A stretch of DNA of 64,000 nt from an uncultured Verrucomicrobiae bacterium (GTDB lineage: Bacteria; Verrucomicrobiota; Verrucomicrobiia; Chthoniobacterales; UBA10450). The notes under the pieces are model-generated. The model worked only from the letters and a program-made list of their open reading frames with translations, did no database searches and was not told where the DNA came from. How positions within the stretch are numbered: position 1 is the first letter of the stretch; each line of letters begins with the position of its first letter. Both the position numbers and the translations under genes were made by a program. The stretch is taken from the NCBI GenBank assembly GCA_963801815.1, contig CAWDGJ010000002.1:842989-906988 (forward strand), in the 5' to 3' direction. Shown here piece after piece: positions 52,425-62,420 of this stretch.

Positions 52425-52440
52425 TGAGACCTTCGTCCCA
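52425..52440. promoter_or_regulatory. Palindromic box TGAGAC-CTTC-GTCCCA
   Basis: Divergent intergenic region; + strand TATGGT (52464-52469) 23 nt downstream. Confidence 0.7.
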
Positions 52441-52502
52441 TGGCAGGGGGGCGGGCGAACCTCTATGGTTCGCCGCTAATGCAATTAAAGGAGTTACAAT
52501 TT

Positions 52503-52952
52503 ATGATTAATGTAAAGAAAATCGGGATTCTGCTGCTGGCCCTTGGCCTAACCACGGCGTTCGGCGCCCAGACGGCGGCGGCGGCCGAAGAAAGACCAGA
52601 TGCAACTTTAGATCTGAGCAGCGGAGCAGTCGCCGCCGGAATCGGTTTCAGCTGGGGCGGTGGGACACTGCACTACAAAGGCAAGGATTACCCCATCAAG
52701 GTTAGCGGAATGTCGCTGGGCAAAGTCGGGCTGTCGAAAGCGACCGCGCGCGGCAATGTCTATAACCTTAAACATCTCCGTGACTTTGACGGCAATTACA
52801 CTTCGACCGGTGTAGGAATGACTCTCGCCGGCGGGCGTGCGGCCACGGCAATGAGAAATCAGCACAACGTTAAAGTCGCCGTTTACTCGACGACCAAAGG
52901 TCTCGATGTCACCATCGGCGGCGCCGGCGTTGACATGACGATTAAAAAATAA
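52503..52952 (+). CDS. Small exported protein (DUF1134/EipA-like)
   Basis: AAAGGAG RBS, signal peptide, GIGFSWGGGTLHYKG, VYNL..L.DF.G.Y. Confidence 0.7.
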   Translation: MINVKKIGILLLALGLTTAFGAQTAAAAEERPDATLDLSSGAVAAGIGFSWGGGTLHYKGKDYPIKVSGMSLGKVGLSKATARGNVYNLKHLRDFDGNYTSTGVGMTLAGGRAATAMRNQHNVKVAVYSTTKGLDVTIGGAGVDMTIKK

Positions 52953-52974
52953 GCTGACAGTTTCATGAGTAATG

Positions 52975-53005
52975 GGCGCGCCGTCGATCCGGCGCGCCAT
53001 TTTCA
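52975..53005 (+). terminator. Probable intrinsic terminator
   Basis: GGCGCGCCG-loop-CGGCGCGCC followed by ATTTTC. Confidence 0.6.
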
Positions 53006-53263
53006 TTTCCCCGCTTCACTAGGCGGAACTGCAATCGCAGATGCTGCGAGGTCGTTCGCAAGATCGACATCGTCCCTATGGGTGCGTGGCCCCGCGTGGA
53101 ACGGTTTCTGGATGCTCAGCGCTATCAAGTGTCAGACCCGAATGTTCGACTGGCGGCGCGCGGCTTGCTCGCCGACCCAGACAAAATCTGATTCAAGAAA
53201 CGCAAGGGATGGTGGGCAGATAGTCGCTCCTGCGCAGACCTTCTAGTCAAAGAAGGAGTTCTT

Positions 53264-54301
53264 ATGAAAACGAGATTAGTCGCAGCGGCTGCGGTTCTAT
53301 CGGCAGCAATTCTGTCGTTCACCGCACCCTCAGTGTTGGCAGGACGAGGCGGAGGCCATTTAGGTGGAGGAGGGTTCTCGGGTGGCTACGGAGGCGGAAA
53401 TCGGGGGTACTCGGGTGGGATAGGCGGTTATTCCGGCGTTCACAATTACTCCGGCGGATCGCTGAATTACAGCGGAATGCGCGGTTACACCGGAGGCGGC
53501 TTCAATCGGATCTATAGCGGGAATGGGCAGGGTTATGGTTCGACACGCGGTCATGTTTACAGTTCACGGCCAGCCGGCCAAATGGTAACGAACGGTAATC
53601 AGTTCTATTCTTCTCAAAGATCCTACGGACAGCGCGTCAATCGAAGTCAGTCCGCGGTGAATCGAACGAATCGGGTTGCCACGAACACTCGCATTCAAAG
53701 CGCGTATGGGAATCGCGCCGTTCAGCGCAACGCAAGGACCGGGTTCGTCAGCAAACAGAACCTGACTGCTCGCGATGGAAAGACCAATCGGGGAGACTGG
53801 GCCCGTAACAATCCGAAGAACCAAAGCCGGTTCGACCAACGGACCCAGGACAGGCTTCGCAACTGGCAGGGTAATAAATCCAGCTGGGTCGAAGCAAATC
53901 AACGTCACCATGGCGATCTAGATGGCAATAATCACAATCACGATGGTCATCACCACCACGATCACGATTGGTGGGACCATCATTGCGGCGCCGTCATCCT
54001 GGTCGATTGGGGTTGGTGGGGCTGGTGGGACGGTTGGTGGTATCCAGCCTGGGGTTACGATCCTTACTATTCCTCCTATGCCTATGATGGTCCAATCTAC
54101 GGCTACGGTGGACTAGCGCCGGACGAGGTCATCGCAAACGTCCAAAGTGACCTACAGAATCTTGGTTACTATTATGGTGCCGTCGACGGAATTCTTGGCC
54201 CACAAACACAAGAAGCGCTGATCCGCTTTCAGCGTGATCGTGGCCTGCCGGTGACAGGCGCTGTCGATCCCGATACAGTCGGGTCACTCGGCTTGGGTTA
54301 A
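53264..54301 (+). CDS. Exported low-complexity protein with C-terminal peptidoglycan-binding domain
   Basis: AAGGAG RBS, signal peptide, Gly-rich, His-rich and Trp-rich tracts, VQ..L..LGYY.G.VDGILGPQT..AL..FQ...GLPVTG. Confidence 0.85.
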   Translation: MKTRLVAAAAVLSAAILSFTAPSVLAGRGGGHLGGGGFSGGYGGGNRGYSGGIGGYSGVHNYSGGSLNYSGMRGYTGGGFNRIYSGNGQGYGSTRGHVYSSRPAGQMVTNGNQFYSSQRSYGQRVNRSQSAVNRTNRVATNTRIQSAYGNRAVQRNARTGFVSKQNLTARDGKTNRGDWARNNPKNQSRFDQRTQDRLRNWQGNKSSWVEANQRHHGDLDGNNHNHDGHHHHDHDWWDHHCGAVILVDWGWWGWWDGWWYPAWGYDPYYSSYAYDGPIYGYGGLAPDEVIANVQSDLQNLGYYYGAVDGILGPQTQEALIRFQRDRGLPVTGAVDPDTVGSLGLG

Positions 54302-54311
54302 ACTAATGGTT

Positions 54312-54338
54312 GAGCGCGGCGGACTTCTCGCCGCGCTC
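54312..54338 (+). terminator. Hairpin after the PG-binding gene
   Basis: GAGCGCGGCG-GACTTCT-CGCCGCGCTC; weak U-tract. Confidence 0.45.
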
Positions 54339-54378
54339 TGCTGCTCCAGCTGGTCGCGAGACTTATTGTGCTCTGCCC

Positions 54379-54456
54379 ATCGCCCTGTATTCCACGAGCA
54401 AGGGCTTCGACGTCTCGGTCGGCGGTGCCGGAGTTGAGATGAAGCTCAAGAAATAG
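54379..54456 (+). pseudogene. Orphan 3' end homologous to gene 52503..52952
   Basis: IALYSTSKGFDVSVGGAGVEMKLKK* versus VAVYSTTKGLDVTIGGAGVDMTIKK*. Confidence 0.75.
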
Positions 54457-54626
54457 CGGGCAGCGTTTTCAAGACGAACAAACAAATCGGAGTTTGCGGC
54501 CCGGTAATTCGGCGTCATATCGAACTTACCGCCTCCTTCGCGGGCGATCCGATTTTACGAGGGAGCTGTCTGTCGGCTTCCGCCTCCATTCGCCGCGACG
54601 GCTTACGGCGAGCAGGCCGTAATTCG

Positions 54627-55412
54627 TCAACCTTTCCCGGCGAAGTGGAGAAAATTCAGAATGTCGCTGCGGAGCTTGAGAAAATTGGCGCTGTCACGCT
54701 GGCGCGGGCGACTCAAGCTAACCTCAATCGTTCGCTCAATCCGCCCCGGGCGCGGCGTCATGATCATAATGCGGTCGCTCATGTAAATCGCCTCGTCGAT
54801 ATCGTGTGTGACGAGGAGCATCGTGGTGCCGCGCGTTTGCCAAAGACGAAGGACTTCATCCTGCATTCGCATTCGGGTAAATGCATCGAGCGCGCCGAGT
54901 GGTTCATCCAGGAGAAGAATCTTCGGATGATTGATCAACGCCCGGGCAAGCGCGGCGCGCTGGGCCATGCCGCCGGACAAATGATGCGGATAAACATTGG
55001 CGAATGCTTCAAGTCCCACCAACCGCATGAATTGATCGACCTCCGGTTTCTTTTCATGCAAAACGCCCCGCGCCACGAGGCCGGCCTGAATATTGCGACG
55101 AACGGTCAGCCACGGAAAAAGATTTGGGTCTTGAAAAACGAGACCCCGATCGGCGTTGGGCGCAATAATCGGCTCTGATCCGATTAAAAGATCTCCATCG
55201 TCGGTAGAATCCAGACCGGCAATGAGACGCAGCAGAGTGGACTTGCCGCAACCGCTTGGACCGATGAGCGAAACCAGTTCGCCGGCGGCGAGTGAAAATG
55301 AAACGCCGCCTAGAACTTGTCGGCGCGAAAGTGGATTTTCCGGGGCGGGAAAACTTTTCTTAACCTCACGGACAATCAGCGACGCCGCGTCAATTTCAGC
55401 TGCTGCTACCAT
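54627..55412 (-). CDS. ABC transporter ATP-binding protein (SsuB/TauB/NrtD-like)
   Basis: GPSGCGKS, LSGGMAQR, LLLDEPLGALD, VTHDIDEA. Confidence 0.92.
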   Translation of the reverse strand: MVAAAEIDAASLIVREVKKSFPAPENPLSRRQVLGGVSFSLAAGELVSLIGPSGCGKSTLLRLIAGLDSTDDGDLLIGSEPIIAPNADRGLVFQDPNLFPWLTVRRNIQAGLVARGVLHEKKPEVDQFMRLVGLEAFANVYPHHLSGGMAQRAALARALINHPKILLLDEPLGALDAFTRMRMQDEVLRLWQTRGTTMLLVTHDIDEAIYMSDRIMIMTPRPGRIERTIEVSLSRPRQRDSANFLKLRSDILNFLHFAGKG

Positions 55413-56401
55413 TTGATTACGCCTTTTTGCCAAACCAGCACCCGATCTCGCACTTTGAAGAGAAGAGTCATAATGGTTGAGAAGAAAGCGGCCATGATGA
55501 TGAGGGCGGCGAACACTTTTCCGTATTCCGCCCAACCCTGCGCCCAGCTTACGTACCACCCAAGCCCGGACTTCACTCCGACCGATTCCGCGACAACGAG
55601 TGTGAGAAACGATGCACCCAGTCCCATGAATAAACCGATAAAAATGTTAGGAACGGCCGCAGGGATCGCGACGCGGAAGATCAGGTAGGCCGGTCCAGCG
55701 CCGAGAGTGCGAGCGACATCCAGGTAGGAAGCGCGCGTGTTCGAAATGCCGGAAGCGGTGAGCATTGTGACCGGAAACCAAACCGCAAGCGCGATCAACG
55801 CCGCCGAGGAAATGGTGGCCGACGGCGAAAGAACCAACGCGAGAGGAATCCAGGCAGTTGCGGGAATTGGTCCGACAACTTTCAGGATCGGCATTCCCCA
55901 ATATCTGATCGGAGCCGACCAGCCGATACAAACGCCGCTGACCACTCCGGCGATCACTCCAAGCGAATAACCACTCAAGAGTAAAGCGAGCGAGTGCCAT
56001 GTGCTGTCGAGCAAAAGCACGCGATCATTGATCAAACTTCGCAACACGGCCGAAGGACCCGGAAAGTACGGGAGCGGAAGGAGGTGAAGTCCCAGCGTGA
56101 TGACGTCCCAAACGCAGAGCGTAAAAATCGCCGCGGTAAAAATTGGCCACATGTTCGACATCCATTGACGCAACGCCGCCGAAAAACGCCGCCCGAGCGC
56201 GAGGAGAATCGATACTCCGATGATTTCGGCGAAAAGAAGTTTGTAAGAATGCGATTCCAGCGGCGGCTCGTTTTTCGCGATAAACATGTGCACCGCAAAA
56301 GCGATTGCCGCGGCGAGCGGTACTGCCAGCATTGTCCGCCAACGCAAAACGGATGGTGGCTCAACAAAAGCGGTCCGGACTAAATCCTCCTGGGCTTCCA
56401 T
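55406..56401 (-). CDS. ABC transporter permease (SsuC-like)
   Basis: PIPATAWIPL, DVARTLGA, LVVAE..G..SGLG. Confidence 0.9.
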   Translation of the reverse strand: MEAQEDLVRTAFVEPPSVLRWRTMLAVPLAAAIAFAVHMFIAKNEPPLESHSYKLLFAEIIGVSILLALGRRFSAALRQWMSNMWPIFTAAIFTLCVWDVITLGLHLLPLPYFPGPSAVLRSLINDRVLLLDSTWHSLALLLSGYSLGVIAGVVSGVCIGWSAPIRYWGMPILKVVGPIPATAWIPLALVLSPSATISSAALIALAVWFPVTMLTASGISNTRASYLDVARTLGAGPAYLIFRVAIPAAVPNIFIGLFMGLGASFLTLVVAESVGVKSGLGWYVSWAQGWAEYGKVFAALIIMAAFFSTIMTLLFKVRDRVLVWQKGVIKW

Positions 56402-56432
56402 CGATCCTGAGACGGCAGCGAGTTTCGTCCGC

Positions 56433-57560
56433 TTATTTCTGTGCTGCCAGTACCTTTTTCGCTTTGCAGCAGGAGCCTTCCGTATCGTGCAGAATCAATT
56501 CGGCGTACAAACGAATGTCCTGGTCCGGAGGGACCTGGCCACCGGCAACTTTTTCGACCTGCAAATTTTGCAGCCAATCATCCGTGACTCCGTCGAGATG
56601 AACAAAGGCGCGCTTGGCTAGCTCGGACACGTCCGTTGTCGGACTCAGCATACCGGCGACTTTCATCTCGGCGGCTGCTGAATTGACCGCAAGCTCAGCG
56701 CCCGAAACACTTGGGATGTAACGTAAGTGAGAAATCGCGACCGTGTTTAGTTCCGGGTTAGACGCGAGATATCCTTTTTCGACCGACAAGCGCGCCGCGG
56801 CCGCGGGATTTGTCTCAACCCATTTCGCGGCCTTGAGCAAAGCCCGCGTGGCCCCGGCCGCGGCCTTCGGATTCGCGGCCAGAAATTTTCCATTAACGAT
56901 TACCGCGCAGCAATATTCGTCTTTATAAGGAGGATCCTTCGCTTGATCGGCAACGTTCTTCACCTTGCCCTCAGCAATCAGCAAACTGCCAATCGGCTCG
57001 GAATCGGCCACGGCATCGACTTCTCCCTTGTCGAGTGCGAGTCCGAGTTCTCCGGCGGGAAACACACGCCAGGTTATTTCTTTGCTCGCGTCGATGCCAT
57101 TCGCGCCCAGAACGCGGTTTGCGAAAATGAACGGCGGAGTTCCCATTCCGGGAACGCCGATTCGTTTTCCTCGCAGATCCGCGATCGAACTAATGCTGCT
57201 GTTCTTGGCGACTTGAACCCGGAGACAACCGCGATGAATTCCGCCGGTGAATTTAACATCGAGTCCCTGTTCGATCGGCTTCAGGAAGTACATCACCAGA
57301 TGATGCGTGATATCGAACCCGCCCAAAGCAAGAATGTCCTTGTAGTTCGCCCATTCGCATTTCACCAAACTGACATCGAGACCTTCTTCTTTAAAAAAAC
57401 CTTTCTCGACTGCGCTGAAGATCGGCGCTTCACAAGTGAGTCCGATGTAGCCGACCCGAATCTTGTTCGAAGCCGCCGACGAATTGGAATTGTTACGACC
57501 GCATCCGGTCAGCAACAGGGACATTATCGCGAGGAAGGTGCCCAGCCTGGTGTCGAACAT
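56433..57560 (-). CDS. ABC substrate-binding lipoprotein (SsuA/NMT1-like)
   Basis: LTGC lipobox, EKGFFKEEGLDV, DLRGKRIG. Confidence 0.88.
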   Translation of the reverse strand: MFDTRLGTFLAIMSLLLTGCGRNNSNSSAASNKIRVGYIGLTCEAPIFSAVEKGFFKEEGLDVSLVKCEWANYKDILALGGFDITHHLVMYFLKPIEQGLDVKFTGGIHRGCLRVQVAKNSSISSIADLRGKRIGVPGMGTPPFIFANRVLGANGIDASKEITWRVFPAGELGLALDKGEVDAVADSEPIGSLLIAEGKVKNVADQAKDPPYKDEYCCAVIVNGKFLAANPKAAAGATRALLKAAKWVETNPAAAARLSVEKGYLASNPELNTVAISHLRYIPSVSGAELAVNSAAAEMKVAGMLSPTTDVSELAKRAFVHLDGVTDDWLQNLQVEKVAGGQVPPDQDIRLYAELILHDTEGSCCKAKKVLAAQK

Positions 57561-57593
57561 GCAAAGGGAAGTATTCCGTTGCGTTGAATGACG

Positions 57594-58553
57594 TCAACGT
57601 TTCTTTGCCGTCTTTGATTCCGGCGGCCGCAGGTAAAGATTCAATCCGCCTACGTCGACAATTCCAAAGTTCCAGGAGAGATATTCTTCGCCCAGAAGTC
57701 CGGCGTCGCCCAATTTCGATGCGCCAACTGTGATCTCCGCATTGTGGACAGTAAGGTTGCCGAGGGCCAGTTCTTGAATCCGGGCTATCTTTCCAGGAAG
57801 CGCTCCCCCGGTTGCGCCTCCGATCGTAAAATTCATCGACGATGCTGAGGCTCCAGACGCAGAGGCGATTGAGGCAGAAAGAAATGTGCTAGCCGCTCCA
57901 GTATCGACGATCAATGAAACGGGATGGCCGTTAACACCAGCCTCGACCTCCAAATGATGGCGCGAATCAAATCGCATTGGAATGCGGGTAAATCCTCGGC
58001 CGGCCAAAAATTGCGCAAGCTTTTGGCTGCTCGCCGCGGACGATCCTTTCGGATTCACATAAATCATCTGGCGCGCACAATCGATTATCATTCCGAACTT
58101 GGACATTTCGTGCGCGCCAAACAATCCATCAAGGTGAGGTCCGCGAATTGCGTTAATGTAGGCTGCATCGGCCACCCCGATGGGTACGTTCACGAATGTG
58201 CAATTACCCATTTTGAGGGTAGCGATACTGGCGATACCTGCCCGCTCGGACAATCCAGTCATGCCGGTAACAGTCATTCTCGTTTCTCGTACCGGTAAGT
58301 TGAGAGATCTCACGCTTCCCCGATCGAGCAACGTGAATGGAGCGCCAGTGTCAATGAGCAGAGCCATTCGTCGCCCATTAATGATTGTTGTTGCGAACAG
58401 GTGGTTGCCTAACCGTCGCTGAAGCGGTGAGCCGCCGAAGCCTTCACGTTCTAAAAATGTCTTAACCGCAGCCGGCGCTGCTCCGGCCCGAGAGTTGGCG
58501 ATCGCAAGGAACAGAGCTGCCCAAATCGCGACTGCGAAGGGGAACGTTCTCAT
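57594..58553 (-). CDS. Exported tandem retropepsin-like aspartyl protease
   Basis: Two DTGA motifs (LLIDTGA, LIVDTGA), each followed by a GLF/LG motif. Confidence 0.85.
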   Translation of the reverse strand: MRTFPFAVAIWAALFLAIANSRAGAAPAAVKTFLEREGFGGSPLQRRLGNHLFATTIINGRRMALLIDTGAPFTLLDRGSVRSLNLPVRETRMTVTGMTGLSERAGIASIATLKMGNCTFVNVPIGVADAAYINAIRGPHLDGLFGAHEMSKFGMIIDCARQMIYVNPKGSSAASSQKLAQFLAGRGFTRIPMRFDSRHHLEVEAGVNGHPVSLIVDTGAASTFLSASIASASGASASSMNFTIGGATGGALPGKIARIQELALGNLTVHNAEITVGASKLGDAGLLGEEYLSWNFGIVDVGGLNLYLRPPESKTAKKR

Positions 58554-58597
58554 GATTTCTTCTACTCCAATTTGGAATTTAGATGCAAGGCGGACGC

Positions 58598-60841
58598 CTA
58601 GAGCAACTGATACGGATCGACGTCCACGGTCGCGATTACGTCCTCCGGAAGTGGTAACTTTTCGAGCGTTTGGTGCACGAAGCGGCTCAGGCGCACGATC
58701 GCTCCGCCGCGCAGTAAAATGTGAAAACGGAACTGGCCTTGCAGTTTTTCCAACGGCGCGGGCGTTGCATCGCTCAAGATGAACTCCGGCGGCAGGGCCT
58801 CTTTCAAGCGGCGCACTAGAGTCTCGGCCGAGAGTTTGGCGCGGCCTTCATGCTCCGATCGGACCGTGACCAAAATTGCGTGTTTGAATGGTGGAAAATC
58901 GCAGCGCTCACGGAACTCGAGTTCCTGCTGAAAATAACCGGCAAAATCGTGATGCCGGGCAAACTGGATCGACGGACTAAACGGGGTGTAGGTTTGGACG
59001 AAGACCTCCCCCGGTGTTTCGCCGCGGCCGGCGCGCCCCGCGACTTGAGTCAGCAGCTGAAACGTCCGTTCACCCGCGCGAAAGTCGGGAAGATGCAGCG
59101 CGAGGTCGGCGTTAATAATGCCGACCAGTGTCACATTCGGAAAATGCAAACCTTTCGCGATCATTTGCGTTCCAACGAGAATGTCGATTTTGCCGGTCCG
59201 AAAGTTTCGCAGCGCTTCGCGGTAGGCTTCCTTCCGCGTCATTGAGTCGGCGTCCATGCGGCGCACGTTTGCTTTCGGAAACAAATGAGAAACAGTCGAT
59301 TCCACTTTCTCCGTGCCGAATCCAGCGTAAATCAACGCGTCTTTACCACAATCCGGACATTTTTTAGGGACTGCGGCGGTGTGACCACAGAGATGACAAC
59401 TCAGCCTCGCCATGTGGCGATGAAACGTGAGCGCAACACTGCAGTTTGGGCATTCACGCGCCTGGCCGCAATTGCTGCAAAGCAGCGACGTGGAAAATCC
59501 GCGCCGATTTAAGAACAAAATTGTCTGCTCGCGTTTCTCCAAACGATCGGCAATCGCTTGCGAAAGCTTTTCGGAAAGTATCGGCACAATCTTTTCTTTC
59601 CGCCGCTCCTGTCGCAGATCGACAATTCGAATGAGCGGCATTTGCCGTTCGTCAATGCGTTGAGTAAGCGCGACCAGATCGTATTTGGTGCCAGTCCGGC
59701 CCGGACTTGTCGCGTTGTGATAGCTCTCGAGTGACGGCGTCGCGCTGCCAAGAACAATCGCGCATTTCTCGATCCTCGCGCGCATGACGGCGACGTCGCG
59801 TGCGTGGTAACGCGGCGCTTCTTCCTGTTTGTAGGTTGTCTCATGCTCTTCATCGACGATGATCAATCCAAGCTCCTTGAGCGGTGCGAACACTGCGCTG
59901 CGGGCGCCGATCACGATTCGCGCGCGGCCCGAATGGATCTTGTGCCATTCATCATGACGTTCGCCCTGGGACAAATGGCTGTGCAGGACCGCGACCGTTT
60001 CATGAACTTCAGCGAAACGGCTTTTGAAACGCTCGACCGTTTGCGGAGTAAGCGAAATTTCCGGGACCAGCACGATTGCAGTCCGGCCTCGATCGAGCGC
60101 AGTGCGAATTGCCTGGAGATAGATCTCAGTCTTGCCGCTGCCGGTAACGCCGTATAACAGAATCGGCCTGGCGTTTTGCGACGCAGCGAGTGCATCGGTA
60201 ATTTTCTTCAGCGCAGCAATTTGTTCGGCATTCAATTCCAGATTCGCGCTGGCGACGAATTGTTCTTCCGCGTGAGGATCGCGCTCGATTGCCTCTTCGC
60301 GCAGCTCGACCAGGCCGCGTTTAGCCAGCGAGCGCAACGTTTGATTATCGAGCGATGTCTGTCGCAACAATTGCGCTGCCGGCACCGGCTTCTCCAATTT
60401 CGCGATCACTTCCAGTAACTCGGCCTGGCGCGGTGCGCGCCGTCGCAACTTGTCGATTTCGCATTGATCGATCTTGGATGGATGAACAACGAGCTGCTTT
60501 TTCCAGCCGACCTCCGCGCGTCGGATTACTTGTGGCAACAAGCTCCGCATGACAGTTTCGAGTGGGCAGCAGTAGTAAGCGCTCATCCACTTCGCGAGCT
60601 CGAGAAGGCGCTCGCTCAATACCGGACCCTCGCCGACTAGCGCTTCGATCGGCCGAATACCCCTGGCATGGCTCTCTTCCAGCATGGCAAGAACAGTTGC
60701 CAGGGCCGATTTGTCGCGAAATGGAACCCGCACCCGCGAGCCGACACCGACGCGATCGGCAAGCGTTTCCGGCACGGAATAATCGAGCTCGCGCTGGATT
60801 GCGCGATCGATAATTACGCGGACATAAAGGGGCTTCATCAT
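58598..60841 (-). CDS. priA: Primosomal protein N' (replication restart helicase)
   Basis: GVTGSGKTE, IVDEEH, SATPSLES, Cys4-Cys4 zinc region, GTQMIAKG, QVAGRAGR. Confidence 0.97.
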   Translation of the reverse strand: MMKPLYVRVIIDRAIQRELDYSVPETLADRVGVGSRVRVPFRDKSALATVLAMLEESHARGIRPIEALVGEGPVLSERLLELAKWMSAYYCCPLETVMRSLLPQVIRRAEVGWKKQLVVHPSKIDQCEIDKLRRRAPRQAELLEVIAKLEKPVPAAQLLRQTSLDNQTLRSLAKRGLVELREEAIERDPHAEEQFVASANLELNAEQIAALKKITDALAASQNARPILLYGVTGSGKTEIYLQAIRTALDRGRTAIVLVPEISLTPQTVERFKSRFAEVHETVAVLHSHLSQGERHDEWHKIHSGRARIVIGARSAVFAPLKELGLIIVDEEHETTYKQEEAPRYHARDVAVMRARIEKCAIVLGSATPSLESYHNATSPGRTGTKYDLVALTQRIDERQMPLIRIVDLRQERRKEKIVPILSEKLSQAIADRLEKREQTILFLNRRGFSTSLLCSNCGQARECPNCSVALTFHRHMARLSCHLCGHTAAVPKKCPDCGKDALIYAGFGTEKVESTVSHLFPKANVRRMDADSMTRKEAYREALRNFRTGKIDILVGTQMIAKGLHFPNVTLVGIINADLALHLPDFRAGERTFQLLTQVAGRAGRGETPGEVFVQTYTPFSPSIQFARHHDFAGYFQQELEFRERCDFPPFKHAILVTVRSEHEGRAKLSAETLVRRLKEALPPEFILSDATPAPLEKLQGQFRFHILLRGGAIVRLSRFVHQTLEKLPLPEDVIATVDVDPYQLL

Positions 60842-60943
60842 CTGGCGGGTTACAATTTAATTGAAGTTTGGGCACATCACGAGCAGCCGCCTTCGTTAAA
60901 GCTACGGCGTGGCAAGTGAGCCCAAAACTGAGATAGTGACGTT

Positions 60944-61534
60944 ATGAGGTTCGTTTGGAAACTTATTCTCTGTTTCCTGCTCGCGTTGGCGGCCGGTTTT
61001 GGCTACCTCGCGCTGCGATCAGGAGACGCGTTCTACAGTTCCTACGAATGGCTCAGCCCGGCGCGATTTCAGCAATACGATTCGATCATTACCTCGGTTG
61101 CGACAGGACACGGGCTTGATCCGATGTTGGTCAAGGCTGTGGTCTGGCGCGAAAGCCGATTCGAGACAAAAAAATATGGGATTGCTGGCGAACGCGGCTT
61201 GATGCAAGTCAGCGAAAAGGCCGCCAATGAGTGGGTGCGTCAAAACAAGATCGAAAATTTCAAGGTCGACGATTTGTTTGACCCGAAAACGAATTTGGAG
61301 GCGGGATCTTGGTACTTGCGCCGCGCACTCGATCATTGGCAGACCGAGTCGGAACCGTTGCCATTCGCGCTGGCGGAGTACAACGCCGGCGCGAGCCGCG
61401 CTCAGCGTTGGGTCGGAGCGGACGGGATCACCACCAGTCAGTTTTTAGATAACATCGATTTCCCGGCCACGCGCAGATACGTTCAGTCAATTCTCGAACG
61501 TTACTCTTTCTACAGGAAACGAAATCGAATGTGA
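60944..61534 (+). CDS. Lytic transglycosylase (SLT domain)
   Basis: VWRESRF, GLMQV, AEYNAG, ATRRYV. Confidence 0.9.
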   Translation: MRFVWKLILCFLLALAAGFGYLALRSGDAFYSSYEWLSPARFQQYDSIITSVATGHGLDPMLVKAVVWRESRFETKKYGIAGERGLMQVSEKAANEWVRQNKIENFKVDDLFDPKTNLEAGSWYLRRALDHWQTESEPLPFALAEYNAGASRAQRWVGADGITTSQFLDNIDFPATRRYVQSILERYSFYRKRNRM

Positions 61535-61548
61535 GCCCGCGATGATTT

Positions 61549-62406
61549 TCAGGCATAATCAGCGGAAATCTTCGCGTTCAGTTCGGTGAGGCTGTCGACC
61601 TTAAGCGTAACATTAACGCCTCTCTGCTTCAGTGCTGCGATTACGCTTTCGGTTGGGATATTGCCGACTAGCGCGTCTTGAGCAAACGGACAACCTCCGA
61701 GTCCGCCGATCGCCGAATCGAACCGACGACAGCCGGCGTCGTATGCGGCGAGAGTTTTTGCGCCGGCGTCAGCTCCCGTGCCATGCAGATGGACACCTAT
61801 CTCGCAATCGTTTCTTGATTTCATTGCCGCGGTAACGACTTGCCGGATCAACGGCGGGTCCGCGACTCCAATCGTGTCCGCAAGTGAGATGGATCGGATG
61901 CCGAGCTCAGCAATTCTTGTAACCGCCGTGGCAATTTCGCTTTCGTTCCACGGATCGCCGTAGGGATTTCCAAACGCCATCGAGACGTAAACAACAAGGC
62001 CAATCTTGGCGTCGATCGCGTGTTGTTTGATTCTTCTGAGCGTTGCCAGGTTCTCTTCGGGCGACTGGTTCTGGTTTCGGCGAAGAAATGTTGGCGAAAC
62101 CGAGCACGGATATCCAAGCGTGGTTACCCGATTCGTGGCGACCGCGCGCTCAGCGCCTTTTTCATTAACAACGATCCCGATGATCTCCGCATCAGATGGA
62201 ATTTCTAGTTGCGAGAGAACCTGTTCGCTGTCCGCCATTTGTGGCACTGCTTTTGGCGAAACAAAACTAACCGCGTCGAGGTGTTTGAAGCCCGCATCGA
62301 GGAGACAGCCGAGATATTCGATCTTGAGCGGGGTCGGAATCTGTCGGGGCAAGCCCTGCCAGGCATCGCGCGGACATTCGATTAACTTTATTGGCTCGAC
62401 TGGCAT
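61549..62406 (-). CDS. Hydroxymethylglutaryl-CoA lyase
   Basis: ECPRDAWQG, SFVSPKAVPQMAD, LADTIG, VHLH, GGLGGCPFA, GNIPTE. Confidence 0.92.
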   Translation of the reverse strand: MPVEPIKLIECPRDAWQGLPRQIPTPLKIEYLGCLLDAGFKHLDAVSFVSPKAVPQMADSEQVLSQLEIPSDAEIIGIVVNEKGAERAVATNRVTTLGYPCSVSPTFLRRNQNQSPEENLATLRRIKQHAIDAKIGLVVYVSMAFGNPYGDPWNESEIATAVTRIAELGIRSISLADTIGVADPPLIRQVVTAAMKSRNDCEIGVHLHGTGADAGAKTLAAYDAGCRRFDSAIGGLGGCPFAQDALVGNIPTESVIAALKQRGVNVTLKVDSLTELNAKISADYA

Positions 62407-62420
62407 GCTCTGTAACGGCG

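Noticed and set aside
60886..60916. CCTTCGTTAAAGCTACGGCGTGGCAAG, with loose similarity near 54585-54617 and 13925-13945
   Set aside because: Possibly REP-like, but too short and degenerate to support from this window
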